Of a DNA stretch of 64,000 bases, positions 31,063 through 39,687 are shown piece by piece; positions within the stretch are counted from its first letter, which is position 1; the number at the start of each line of letters is the position of its first letter. The notes below the pieces were generated by a model. It searched no databases. It was not told where the DNA came from and saw nothing but the letters and a program-made list of their open reading frames with translations. The DNA is from a bacterium (GTDB lineage: Bacteria > UBA8248), in NCBI GenBank assembly GCA_965218885.1, contig OZ244713.1, forward strand, positions 3,030,625 through 3,094,624, given 5' to 3'. A program made the position numbers and the translations under genes.

Positions 31063-31142
31063 TGAAAACCACAGCGTTTGTTTTGGGATGGGTGATTTTC
31101 TTGATGAGCGAAGTCGCCTCGCCTAAGCGCCACGCCCTGCGC

Positions 31143-31550
31143 TCATGAATTCAATGTCTCCACCAATACCGCCCCTTCCATCTGCGCCGCTCCTCGGTCG
31201 AAGGTGTAGAGGGGGGCGGCTCCGCGCCGGTTGGCGGCGGCCGCGATCATGAGGTCGGAAAAACCGGGGCCGCTCCTCCGGTAGCTGAATGCGGCGCGGG
31301 CCACGTCGTCGGCCGCTTCGATTTCTAATTCCTCGGTGGCGACCAACTCTTCCAGCACCGCCGCAATCCGCTCACGGGAGAACCGATACGCCCGCTCCAG
31401 CACCCAGACGAGCTCGACCGCCACCTCGCGGCAGACGAAGCCGGGCCGCTCCGCCGTCAGCCCCGCCAACAACGCCCGGGCCGCTTCGGCCTGGGCCGCG
31501 TCGTCGGCCACCAGGTACCGGACGAGGACGTTCGTATCGAGCGCTATCAC
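31143..31550 (-). CDS. vapC: VapC/PIN domain toxin
   Basis: IALDTNVLVRYL, ELVWVL, GFSDLMI, TFD. Confidence 0.92.
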   Translation of the reverse strand: MIALDTNVLVRYLVADDAAQAEAARALLAGLTAERPGFVCREVAVELVWVLERAYRFSRERIAAVLEELVATEELEIEAADDVARAAFSYRRSGPGFSDLMIAAAANRRGAAPLYTFDRGAAQMEGAVLVETLNS

Positions 31551-31780
31551 GCCTCACCGGCCCCTTCGGCGACGGCGCGCTCCATGTCTTCCAGTGTTCT
31601 GGGCGGGCCGTCGTGTTTGAGCGCGCCGAACAGCCGGGCGAGGGGCCGCACCGGCATGATGCGCACCTCATCGCCCGAGACGACGTAGCGCACGCGATCA
31701 CCGGGCCGCACGCCGAGCGCCTCGCGCACGGACTTTGGCAGCGTCGTCTGGCCCTTGGACGTAATCGTGGATTCAACCAT
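31547..31780 (-). CDS. AbrB/MazE/SpoVT-family antitoxin
   Basis: STITSKGQTTLPKSVREALGVRPGD; GTGA overlap with the PIN gene. Confidence 0.92.
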   Translation of the reverse strand: MVESTITSKGQTTLPKSVREALGVRPGDRVRYVVSGDEVRIMPVRPLARLFGALKHDGPPRTLEDMERAVAEGAGEA

Positions 31781-32058
31781 CTGCGGAACCCTCCTGTTCC
31801 TTACAATATACAATAATACCTTACTTTATATAAAAATACAAGGAGAAAAGGAATTCGCGTTTCCCTCTCATATGCATAGGAGTAATCCAGTGCGATTGGA
31901 GGTCATGCCCGGTTCAAGATGTGCTTCATCCAACCGATCCGCATTTCCCCGCATTCGCCGTCGCCGGGTTTTCGTCGGGGCGGGCGACAATCCCTTCCTC
32001 ATCGGGCGGGATTGACCCGCGCGGGAAAAAAGAGTGTTCTCATCGGTGAGAGGAGGGA

Positions 32059-32108
32059 GAAAATGGAAAGGGCGATTCGGCTTCGGCGGCGCGATCTTCC
32101 CCTCTTCG
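32059..32108. repeat. 50-bp perfect direct repeat, copy 2
   Basis: Identical to 29346-29395. Confidence 0.95.
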
Positions 32109-32121
32109 GGGAAGCGCAAAC

Positions 32122-32190
32122 CCTCCCGCATTGGTCGGGTCTGACCTCCCGCATTGGTCGGGTCTGACCTCCCGCATTGGTCGAGACTGA
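32122..32190. repeat. Tandem repeat, 3 x 23 bp (CCTCCCGCATTGGTCGGGTCTGA)
   Basis: Two identical units, third with two mismatches; no spacers. Confidence 0.95.
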
Positions 32191-32264
32191 CCACCGTGAG
32201 GAGGTGAGGCGTACTCATCGACTCAGGCGTGACAAGAAAATATGAAAATAATCCAATTTCCTGA

Positions 32265-32358
32265 AAATATCGATAAAATTAGATAAATTCACGAGGTTTT
32301 TCGATAAATTGATTGGATGATAAAATACTTGAATTATACGACGCAAACTATTGATATA
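32265..32358. repeat. AT-rich element with IHF-consensus site, inverted homolog of 37342-37459
   Basis: 39/45 identity block; TATCAATAGTTTG on the minus strand (32344-32356). Confidence 0.75.
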
Positions 32359-32375
32359 GCTTAAGTATAGATTTT

Positions 32376-33251
32376 TTATTTCGACTCGGAATTCACCAGA
32401 TATATGCCAGATGAGATAAGAACGGCCCCTCCGAGCATGAGCAGCGTCAGCGGTTCCGCGAGCAGCATAGCGCCCATCAAAACCCCGAATACGGGCGTCA
32501 GGAACATGAACACGCCCACGCGGCTCGCCGGGTAGTCCGTCAGCAGCCACAGCCAGGGAATCATGGCAAAGCCCGTGCCGATGAGGCCGCTATAGCCCAC
32601 GCCGGTGAGCACGTTCTGATCCGTGAGATCGGGCCAGGGTTCGCCCAGAAACGAGGCGATCAGAAAGAACGGGAGCACGGCCAGAAGCTGGGTCCAGGCG
32701 GTGATTCTGAAGGCGTCGAAACTCCTTAAGCGCATTTTCAGGAAAATCGACTGCACCGCCCACACAACAGCCGCCAGGACGACGATGGCGTCCCCGTACC
32801 AGGTGGAACCGCCGGCCGAGGAGAGCTTGTCGCCAAAGAGAAACACCATGCCCAGACTCGCGGCCACGAAGCCGAAAACCGCGCGGACGCCCACCCTCTC
32901 ATGGGGCAGAATCCACGCCGCGAGCGCCGTCAGCAACAAAGGCTGGGCGTAGAGGAACAACGAGGCGCGCCCCGCGGTGGTGTGATCCACCCCGTGATAA
33001 TAGGTGATGAACATGACGTTGTGCAGGCAGGCGTTGATCCAGAAATCGCGGTTTTCCCTCGCCCCGCCCGGGTGCGGAGGCAGAACCGGCATTTTTCGGA
33101 TAAACATGATCAGAAAAACGCTCGACGACGAGATGAGGCCCCGGAGCCAGAGGAACGTAAAAGGCTCCACGCCGCGCAGGCCTATCTTGGCCGCCGGAAA
33201 GCTCAGGCCCCACAGAAAAGTGACGGTGAAAATCAAAACGAAAAATCGCAA
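32376..33251 (-). CDS. DMT/EamA family transporter
   Basis: LWGLSFPAAK, about ten TM helices, FLTPVFG. Confidence 0.9.
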   Translation of the reverse strand: MRFFVLIFTVTFLWGLSFPAAKIGLRGVEPFTFLWLRGLISSSSVFLIMFIRKMPVLPPHPGGARENRDFWINACLHNVMFITYYHGVDHTTAGRASLFLYAQPLLLTALAAWILPHERVGVRAVFGFVAASLGMVFLFGDKLSSAGGSTWYGDAIVVLAAVVWAVQSIFLKMRLRSFDAFRITAWTQLLAVLPFFLIASFLGEPWPDLTDQNVLTGVGYSGLIGTGFAMIPWLWLLTDYPASRVGVFMFLTPVFGVLMGAMLLAEPLTLLMLGGAVLISSGIYLVNSESK

Positions 33252-33328
33252 TTCTTACCTGTTCCTTCAGCAAATCCGCTCTACACCGGGAATCGAACAG
33301 CGGGTGAAATTCGGGGAAAGCGCCGCCT

Positions 33329-33952
33329 TCAGCTGTCGGACTCTATTTTCTTCGGAAACGGCTCCAGGTCCTTCAAATCCACTTTTTGCTCCAGCTCGTC
33401 GTGACAGGCATCGCAGCGCGGCTGCGCCGTGGCCGCCACCATGAACCCTTTCGCCCTCTCGCCGTCCAGCCGGTGGCCGTTGTGGCACTGCACGCAGTTC
33501 GCCTTTAACTCCGCGTGGTCTGAAATGGCGTGAAAGGCGTCATCGGCCAGTTCCAGAAGACGCTCCTCTTCATGACACTTCACACAGTCCTTATCGAGAA
33601 TGGGATGGAAAACGCGAGAGGGCTGCTCATAATCGCCAATAATGAATTTATACAGATCCTTGTTCGCCAGAATCGTCGTGCGAATCATGCCCGTGATGCC
33701 CTCTTCCCCGTGGCAGGATATGCACCGCACGTCGCCCACGCTCCTATGCCATCCGCCCAGCGTCTGCACCGCGTTCTTCGCGCGCGCCCCGTCATCGAGA
33801 TAATCCTGGTGATCCTGTAAGTGACACGCCGTGCAAAAGGGATCGTAGGACTCCACGGCGCGAATCCCGTACAGCCCGCCGACCCCGGCCAGGGGGGATA
33901 AGACGACGATCAGAATCAACCATTTCCACCATCGCCCCCAAAATCTTCGCAT
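33329..33952 (-). CDS. Membrane-anchored pentaheme cytochrome c (NapC/NirT-like)
   Basis: N-terminal TM helix; CTACH, CISCH, CVKCH, CVQCH, CDACH. Confidence 0.88.
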   Translation of the reverse strand: MRRFWGRWWKWLILIVVLSPLAGVGGLYGIRAVESYDPFCTACHLQDHQDYLDDGARAKNAVQTLGGWHRSVGDVRCISCHGEEGITGMIRTTILANKDLYKFIIGDYEQPSRVFHPILDKDCVKCHEEERLLELADDAFHAISDHAELKANCVQCHNGHRLDGERAKGFMVAATAQPRCDACHDELEQKVDLKDLEPFPKKIESDS

Positions 33953-34098
33953 TCAGATTCTCCTTGGCCTGCACATGCTAACACCGCCACTCCCCACTCA
34001 CCAGGATATAGAACCGCCATCCCATTTTCTGCGTGTTAGATCTTCCTCATTATAGCGCGATTTGCTAGGATGGCTCTTGATGATAGGAGGTTGATCCG

Positions 34099-34461
34099 AT
34101 GGCGAGAACAAGATTCAGCGCGAACAAACGCCGCCCGGGACGCAGGAGCGCTCCCAAGCCGGCCGCCCTTACCGGAGAAAGCGCGAAACAGATCGCCGCG
34201 CGCCTGAAATCCTCGGCGAGCGTCGGGAAGAACGCGCAGGACTACAGGCGCAAGGCGCTTGAAATTCACGGCTGGTTCTGTGCGAAATGCGGCCGGGATT
34301 TCGATGAGAACAACCTCCATATCTTGACGGTTCACCACCGGGACGGTGACCACAAAAACAATCCGCTGGACGGGAGCAACTGGGAGAATCTGTGTGTGGA
34401 ATGCCACGAGGATGAACACTCCCGCGACATGCTTGGCCGTTACCTGAGCGATGACAGTTAA
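34099..34461 (+). CDS. yajD: YajD family HNH nuclease
   Basis: YRRKALE..CAKCGR, LTVHHRDGDH, DGSNWENLCVECH. Confidence 0.88.
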   Translation: MARTRFSANKRRPGRRSAPKPAALTGESAKQIAARLKSSASVGKNAQDYRRKALEIHGWFCAKCGRDFDENNLHILTVHHRDGDHKNNPLDGSNWENLCVECHEDEHSRDMLGRYLSDDS

Positions 34462-34482
34462 CAATCTAAAACACCCACTATC

Positions 34483-35769
34483 ATGATATTGTCGGTCAAG
34501 CCAACCATCGCAAAAGGAACCACCATCGTACCCGGCTCGAAATCCCATTCCATCCGCGCCGTCGCGTTCGCATCCCTGGCTTCCGGGAAAAGCGTGATAT
34601 CAAACCCCCTGGATTCAGAGGACGGCCTCTCGGCGGCCAGCGTCTACGCGAGCTTTGGCGCTAAAATACACAAGGAAAATGAGGTCTGGTCCGTGGAGGG
34701 TTTCGGCGCCCGGCCCAATGCGCCTCAAGGAATTCTCGACGTGGGAAATTCAGGGACCACCTGCCGGATGGCGCTCGGCACCGCCGCGCTCATACGGGAG
34801 GGCGAAGCTTGTTTCGATGGCGATTCCCAGACCAGAAAACGCCCGATGGGGCCATTGCTCGATGCCCTCCAAAACCTGGGTGCAAAGACGCAATCCGGCG
34901 GCGGCTACCTACCCGTCACGGTGGGCGGCCCGTGGCGCGGCGGCCGGACGAAAGTGGACGGGACGACCAGTCAGTTTACGTCCTCCTTGTTGTTGAACGC
35001 ACCTTTCGGCGAGGAGACAACCATCATCGAGCCGATTGAGCTGAACGAGCGCCCATACGTCGAGATGACGCTGTGGTGGCTCGATCGTCTGGGCTTACGA
35101 TACGAGCGCGATGAATACCGCTGCTTTATGGTTCCGGGCGGACAGACGCTCTCTAGATTCGAAGTTACCGTCCCCGCAGATTGGAGTTCTGCCGCCTTTC
35201 TCGTGGCCGCAGGCGCGCTGCCGGGCGGCGACGTAACGCTCGAGGGGCTGGATCTCAACGACTCTCAAGGGGATAAGGAGATTCTCAGATTCGTCGAGGA
35301 AATGGGCGCTGATGTTCTCGTCACAGAGACCAGCGTCCGAATACGCGGAAAAGCGCTGCGCGGAGGTGAATTCGACTTGAACGCCACGCCCGATCTCCTG
35401 CCCGTCATGGCCGTACTCGGCGGATTCGCAGACGGGGAGACCAGACTCCTGAACGCGCCCCAGGCCCGCATCAAGGAGACCGACAGAATCTCCGCCATGC
35501 GTGAGGTTATCGAAGCGCTCGGCGGCGAAGCAAAGGAACTGGCGGATGGCATCATCATCAAGGGGGGCGGCCTCAAAAGCGGGGCCGTTCACGGGTTTGG
35601 CGATCACCGCATCGTCATGTCCGCAGCCATTGCCGGTCTCGCCGCCCCGGAGGGGGTATCGGTCGACACGGCGGAGGTGATGGCGGTAACATTTCCTGAT
35701 TTTTGCGAACGCATGGGTTCACTGGGCGCCGACATGAAAACGAAGGATTCATTCGATGCCAATCTATGA
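34483..35769 (+). CDS. aroA: 3-phosphoshikimate 1-carboxyvinyltransferase
   Basis: PGSKS, GNSGT, SQF, RIKETDRI, DHRIVM. Confidence 0.97.
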   Translation: MILSVKPTIAKGTTIVPGSKSHSIRAVAFASLASGKSVISNPLDSEDGLSAASVYASFGAKIHKENEVWSVEGFGARPNAPQGILDVGNSGTTCRMALGTAALIREGEACFDGDSQTRKRPMGPLLDALQNLGAKTQSGGGYLPVTVGGPWRGGRTKVDGTTSQFTSSLLLNAPFGEETTIIEPIELNERPYVEMTLWWLDRLGLRYERDEYRCFMVPGGQTLSRFEVTVPADWSSAAFLVAAGALPGGDVTLEGLDLNDSQGDKEILRFVEEMGADVLVTETSVRIRGKALRGGEFDLNATPDLLPVMAVLGGFADGETRLLNAPQARIKETDRISAMREVIEALGGEAKELADGIIIKGGGLKSGAVHGFGDHRIVMSAAIAGLAAPEGVSVDTAEVMAVTFPDFCERMGSLGADMKTKDSFDANL

Positions 35770-36088
35770 GTATGAGTGCAAGGAATGCGGCTTCATTTCC
35801 GGCCATTTGGTGATGAAACCGTCGGACAGGAGAAAACTCATCTGCCGCTCCTGCGGGAACAAAAAACTCAGAAAAATCATGTCGCGCTTTTCTTCTCACC
35901 AGACCGAAGCCCAGCGGCTCCAATCGTTCGACCCCTCGAAGCCGCAGGACGGTTCTTTCTACAAGGACGATCGCAACATCGGGCTCTGGGCCCAAAAACG
36001 CGCCCAGCAGCTGGGCGTCGACCTTGGCGATTCTTTCGGTGAAACCCTGGAAAAGGGACGCTCGAAGAAAATTCTCGATAACCTATGA
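35756..36088 (+). CDS. FmdB family zinc ribbon protein
   Basis: MPIYEYECKECG...CRSCG. Confidence 0.9.
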   Translation: MPIYEYECKECGFISGHLVMKPSDRRKLICRSCGNKKLRKIMSRFSSHQTEAQRLQSFDPSKPQDGSFYKDDRNIGLWAQKRAQQLGVDLGDSFGETLEKGRSKKILDNL

Positions 36089-36092
36089 GGTC

Positions 36093-36776
36093 ATGTTGAC
36101 CCCCGAAATCAAGATGAGCGAGGCGCTTCGCGCCGAGGCGGAACCGCTTTGGCGAAAAATCCACGCGCATCCCTTCGTTCGGGGCCTCGGTGAAGGCACC
36201 CTGCCGCTTGCGAAATTTCGCTTCTACATGTGCCAGGACTACATATTCTTGAAGGAATACAGCCGCGTCATCGCCCTGGCCGTCGTGAAAGCCCCCGAAC
36301 TGGCGGATATGGGGCGTTTCGCCGACCTGCTGAACGCCACGCTGAACACGGAGATGGAACTCCACCGGAGTTTTGCGGCGAAATTCGGCATATCAACCGC
36401 AGAGATTGAGGCGACAAAGCCCGCCCCCACGTGCAAGGGATACACCGATTTCCTGCTCGAGGCGGCCTATTCGGGCACGTTCGGGGAAATCGCCGCCGCC
36501 ATGCTGCCCTGCCAATGGGACTACGCCATTATCGGCGAGTTGCTCGCCTCCAAGGGGGTCCCTGAAAACGCGCCGCTTCACGCCGAGTGGATAGAGACCT
36601 ACGCGTCCGATGAATTCGCTCAACTGGCGCGTTGGCTGCGCGAAATGCTCGACCAAGCCGCATCGGCGGCGGGCCCTGACGAGAGCGAGCGCATGCGCGC
36701 GCACTTTCTGATGGGCACGCGATATGAATACCTCTTCTGGGATATGAGCTGGAACATGGAAGAGTGGCCCCTATAG
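36093..36776 (+). CDS. tenA: Thiaminase II
   Basis: HPFV, QDYIFL, LPCQWDY, EYLFWDM. Confidence 0.92.
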   Translation: MLTPEIKMSEALRAEAEPLWRKIHAHPFVRGLGEGTLPLAKFRFYMCQDYIFLKEYSRVIALAVVKAPELADMGRFADLLNATLNTEMELHRSFAAKFGISTAEIEATKPAPTCKGYTDFLLEAAYSGTFGEIAAAMLPCQWDYAIIGELLASKGVPENAPLHAEWIETYASDEFAQLARWLREMLDQAASAAGPDESERMRAHFLMGTRYEYLFWDMSWNMEEWPL

Positions 36777-36797
36777 CCCAAGCCGGATAGAGCCGAT

Positions 36798-37334
36798 ATG
36801 TCCCCCAGAACGCGAAAAGACATCCCCAACCCCAAACGGTGCACATGGGCCGAGGGCGACCCGCTCATGGAGAAATACCATGACGAGGAATGGGGGTTTC
36901 CCGTCCGAACGACCCGGAAACATTTTGAACAACTGACGCTCGAAATCTTTCAGGCGGGCCTCTCCTGGCGAACCATCCTCCATAAGCGCGCGGAGTTCAG
37001 AAAGGAATTTTTGCGATTCTCACCCGAGAAGGTCGCCCTCTTCACCGAGAAGGATATCAGGCGCATTCTCGGGAACCCGGGTGTCGTGCGGAACCGAAAG
37101 AAAATCGAGGCAACCATTGAGAACGCCAAAAGATTCCTGGCCATCCAGAAAAAACATGGCTCGTTCAGCCGCTATCTCGCCTCCCTGCCGGATGATCTGG
37201 AATCGCTGCAAAAGATATTCCGCGAGGAATTCACCTTCATGGGACCCAAGATCGCGGAAGCCTATCTCGAGAGCGTGGGGAAGATACCCGAACTCCACGA
37301 TCCGCGCTGCTGTCGGAATAAAAAAAATAGATAA
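36798..37334 (+). CDS. tag: DNA-3-methyladenine glycosylase I
   Basis: RCTWA, YHDEEWG, QAGLSW, RNRKKI, HDPRC. Confidence 0.93.
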   Translation: MSPRTRKDIPNPKRCTWAEGDPLMEKYHDEEWGFPVRTTRKHFEQLTLEIFQAGLSWRTILHKRAEFRKEFLRFSPEKVALFTEKDIRRILGNPGVVRNRKKIEATIENAKRFLAIQKKHGSFSRYLASLPDDLESLQKIFREEFTFMGPKIAEAYLESVGKIPELHDPRCCRNKKNR

Positions 37335-37341
37335 CTATTTA

Positions 37342-37459
37342 TATATCAATAAATTACATCTTTGTTACTAAAGTATATTATCATATCTGTTCACCCGTTC
37401 GTTTCTCCTCTTTTATTTACAGAAAAACCCCGTTAATTTATCGTATTTTATCGATATTT
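37342..37459. repeat. AT-rich element with IHF-consensus site, inverted homolog of 32265-32358
   Basis: TATCAATAAATTA (37344-37356); phased TTTATCG repeats. Confidence 0.75.
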
Positions 37460-37629
37460 ATCGATATTCGGAATCTAGTCCGTTTCCATCGGCCATAATA
37501 TCCCCTTACTCTATTTATATTATTATGAATATCTATTCTTTCCCATCTTGTCCACAATCCGCCTTTTGCAAGATGTAATCAAAACACAAGCGGATTCATT
37601 ATATTTATATGGACGCCTACCCGGTGACA

Positions 37630-37885
37630 AGGATCGATTCAGTGCGTCTGACGATCAGGTTGCAGTTTTATATTCGGCCTGTCGGTGCAGGGCTTCATGC
37701 CTGCCGGCCCTGATGGAATCAGCCGACCCGCGCCTCATTTCCCGCTAAGGCTTTTCGCCTTTGTTATAATTCAGGCTTGGCGGGTCGCGGTCTGACCTGT
37801 TCGCCATCTCACTTCGTCTTACCTTGCGCAATCCTTCGGCGTGTCATCTCCTTTCCGGTTTCGTGTTTTCTCTCGCCATCCGGAC
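37630..37885 (-). ncRNA. Putative seekRNA/bridge RNA locus of the IS1111-type element (ends approximate)
   Basis: Stem-enclosed loops containing matches to the target flanks and to the donor junction. Confidence 0.75.
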
Positions 37886-38911
37886 TCACGCAGGATGGCC
37901 GACAAAGTTTCGTTGGTATTCCCGGTCATGGGCCAGCAGGGCCCAGATCGTGCGCGCCATCTTGTTCGCCAGAGCGACGACGACCACGTTCGGGGGCCGT
38001 CGTCCGGCCAGGCGCAATATCCATTCGCGCGGCGCCTTGCCGTGGACGATTGCGGCGCGGGCGCCGTGTATCAACAAGGTGCGCAGATACCTGTCGCCCC
38101 GCTTGGAGATTCCGAGCATGCGCACCCTGCCGCCGGTCCCGACGTGCCGGGGCGTCAGACCCAGCCAGGCGGCGAACTCCCGACCGGACCTGAACGCGGC
38201 GGGATCGCCCATCGCGGCCACCAAAGCGGTCGCGCCCAGCAAACCGACACCGGGGATCTCCGCCACCCTGCGGCTCGCGGCGTTGTCCCGATGCCACAGC
38301 TTCAGGCGGCGCTCGATACCGCGAACCTCCTCGTCGAGACGGGCCACGCGCGCCCATTGCTCTCGCAGGGCGTCCACGACCATCGTCGGCAACCGCTCCG
38401 AGACCCGGCCGAGGGCAGCGGCCATGCCTCGCCGCATACCCGCCCGGCCTCGCGGCATGACCTCTCCGTATTCGGCCAAAAGACCGCGCAAGCCGTTGAT
38501 CTGCGCGGTGCGGAACTTTACCAGTTGCCCGCGCATCCGGTGCAGCGCCAGGACGGCCTGTTGCTCCTCGCTCTTGACCGCAACCGTCTTTAAGTCAGGC
38601 TGTTGCGCCGCCGTCCAGATCGCGCGTGCGTCGTGCGAATCGTTCTTGTTGCCGGCAACGAAGGGCCTCACCATCTTCGCCGGAAGCAGCCTCGCCTCGT
38701 GGCCCAACTCCCGCAGACGGCGAGCCCAGTGCTGCGAGCCGCCGCACGCCTCCATCGCAACCAGGCACGGAGCGCGATTGGCGAAGTGCTCGAGGAACCT
38801 CGCCCGACTCAGCTGCAGAGCCATACTCTTTCCCGTCTCCAACTCGACCCAGTACAATTGAAATACGCTTTTCGCTGTATCCACCCCGACGACCGTTTTG
38901 CCATTCTTCAT
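37886..38911 (-). CDS. IS110 family DEDD transposase/recombinase
   Basis: GVDTAK, MEAC, KNDSHDA, IPGVG, GLTPRHVGTGG, SKRGD, VALANKMAR. Confidence 0.96.
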   Translation of the reverse strand: MKNGKTVVGVDTAKSVFQLYWVELETGKSMALQLSRARFLEHFANRAPCLVAMEACGGSQHWARRLRELGHEARLLPAKMVRPFVAGNKNDSHDARAIWTAAQQPDLKTVAVKSEEQQAVLALHRMRGQLVKFRTAQINGLRGLLAEYGEVMPRGRAGMRRGMAAALGRVSERLPTMVVDALREQWARVARLDEEVRGIERRLKLWHRDNAASRRVAEIPGVGLLGATALVAAMGDPAAFRSGREFAAWLGLTPRHVGTGGRVRMLGISKRGDRYLRTLLIHGARAAIVHGKAPREWILRLAGRRPPNVVVVALANKMARTIWALLAHDREYQRNFVGHPA

Positions 38912-39149
38912 CACTGGACCCTCCGGTTGGCCCGGGAAGACACCATGTCTTCCCCCTGAGCATCGCAGGGTGCCACAGACCCTCAAGGACCTATATCAAC
39001 CCTCTCGAACCGCGGCACTCGGTTACCGGGTAAGCGTCCATACCATTTCCCGCGCATCCCGGCGGGTACCTGTCGGAGCATTCTGTAGCAATCGCTTGGA
39101 ATCCTCGATTACGAGAACCTTCATCGACGTTCTCCTAGTCCGGTATCGG

Positions 39150-39440
39150 CAGCCAGCGGATCATTCGACGGGCCTTGGAAGTGGAGTTGGAGGTCTTTGT
39201 GGAGGAGCATAAGGCCGAGCGTGACGCACGGGGGCACCGGGCCGTCGTTCGCGACGGTTACCTGCCAGCGCGAGAGGTGTTGACGGGAATCGGCCCGGTC
39301 ACGGTTCGGGTTCCCAGGACGCGGGACCGTAGCGGGTCGGGGATCAAGTTCAGCTCAAGATTGCTGCCGCCCTATCTGAGGCGCACGAAACAGACCACGG
39401 AATGCTGCCCCGGCTCTACCTCAAAGGAGTGTCCACGGGA
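39150..39440 (+). pseudogene. IS256 family transposase N-terminal remnant
   Basis: ALEVELE..VVRDGYLPAREVLTGIGPVTVRVPRTRDR..LPPYLRRTK, then a frameshift to LYLKGVSTG and truncation. Confidence 0.8.
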
Positions 39441-39508
39441 GCGACCTCGCTCTCCATGAAGTCGCAGGTGTACTGGGCGAATTGTTCTTCGGTGAAGGGA
39501 TACGGCAT
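39441..39508 (-). pseudogene. 5' fragment of an unknown gene truncated at the IS256 remnant
   Basis: GGAGG RBS followed by MPYPFTEEQFAQYTCDFMESEV. Confidence 0.4.
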
Positions 39509-39687
39509 GATGCCTCCGTTCCGCATCCGGGGTGTAGCCCCTCGTGGATCCTCTCCTGCCTAGCCGAATTTCCGGGAAGCGCATCCAGTGGGTACCGCTT
39601 CACGGATGGGGTGCCAACAACTCGGGCCCCCTTCGGCCCGGGAGAGGACCCCCTGCAGAGCCCAGTCCTTAGCCGAGCGGCTGGCCG

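Larger units (their letters stand above)
37603..39048 (-). mobile_element. IS110 family, IS1111-type insertion sequence (apparently complete)
   Basis: Subterminal IRs TATGGACGCYTACCCGGTRAC (37608-37628 and 39022-39042, 19/21); AAAT core at both ends; long 3' non-coding region. Confidence 0.92.

Noticed and set aside
28043-32060. Integron cassette array of TA modules
   Set aside because: No integron integrase, no convincing attC sites, mixed gene orientation
32122-32190. CRISPR array
   Set aside because: Repeats are contiguous with no unique spacers, and no cas genes are in the window
37335-37605. Replication origin (AT-rich, TTGTCCACA at 37548)
   Set aside because: Only one imperfect DnaA box and no dnaA/dnaN/parAB context
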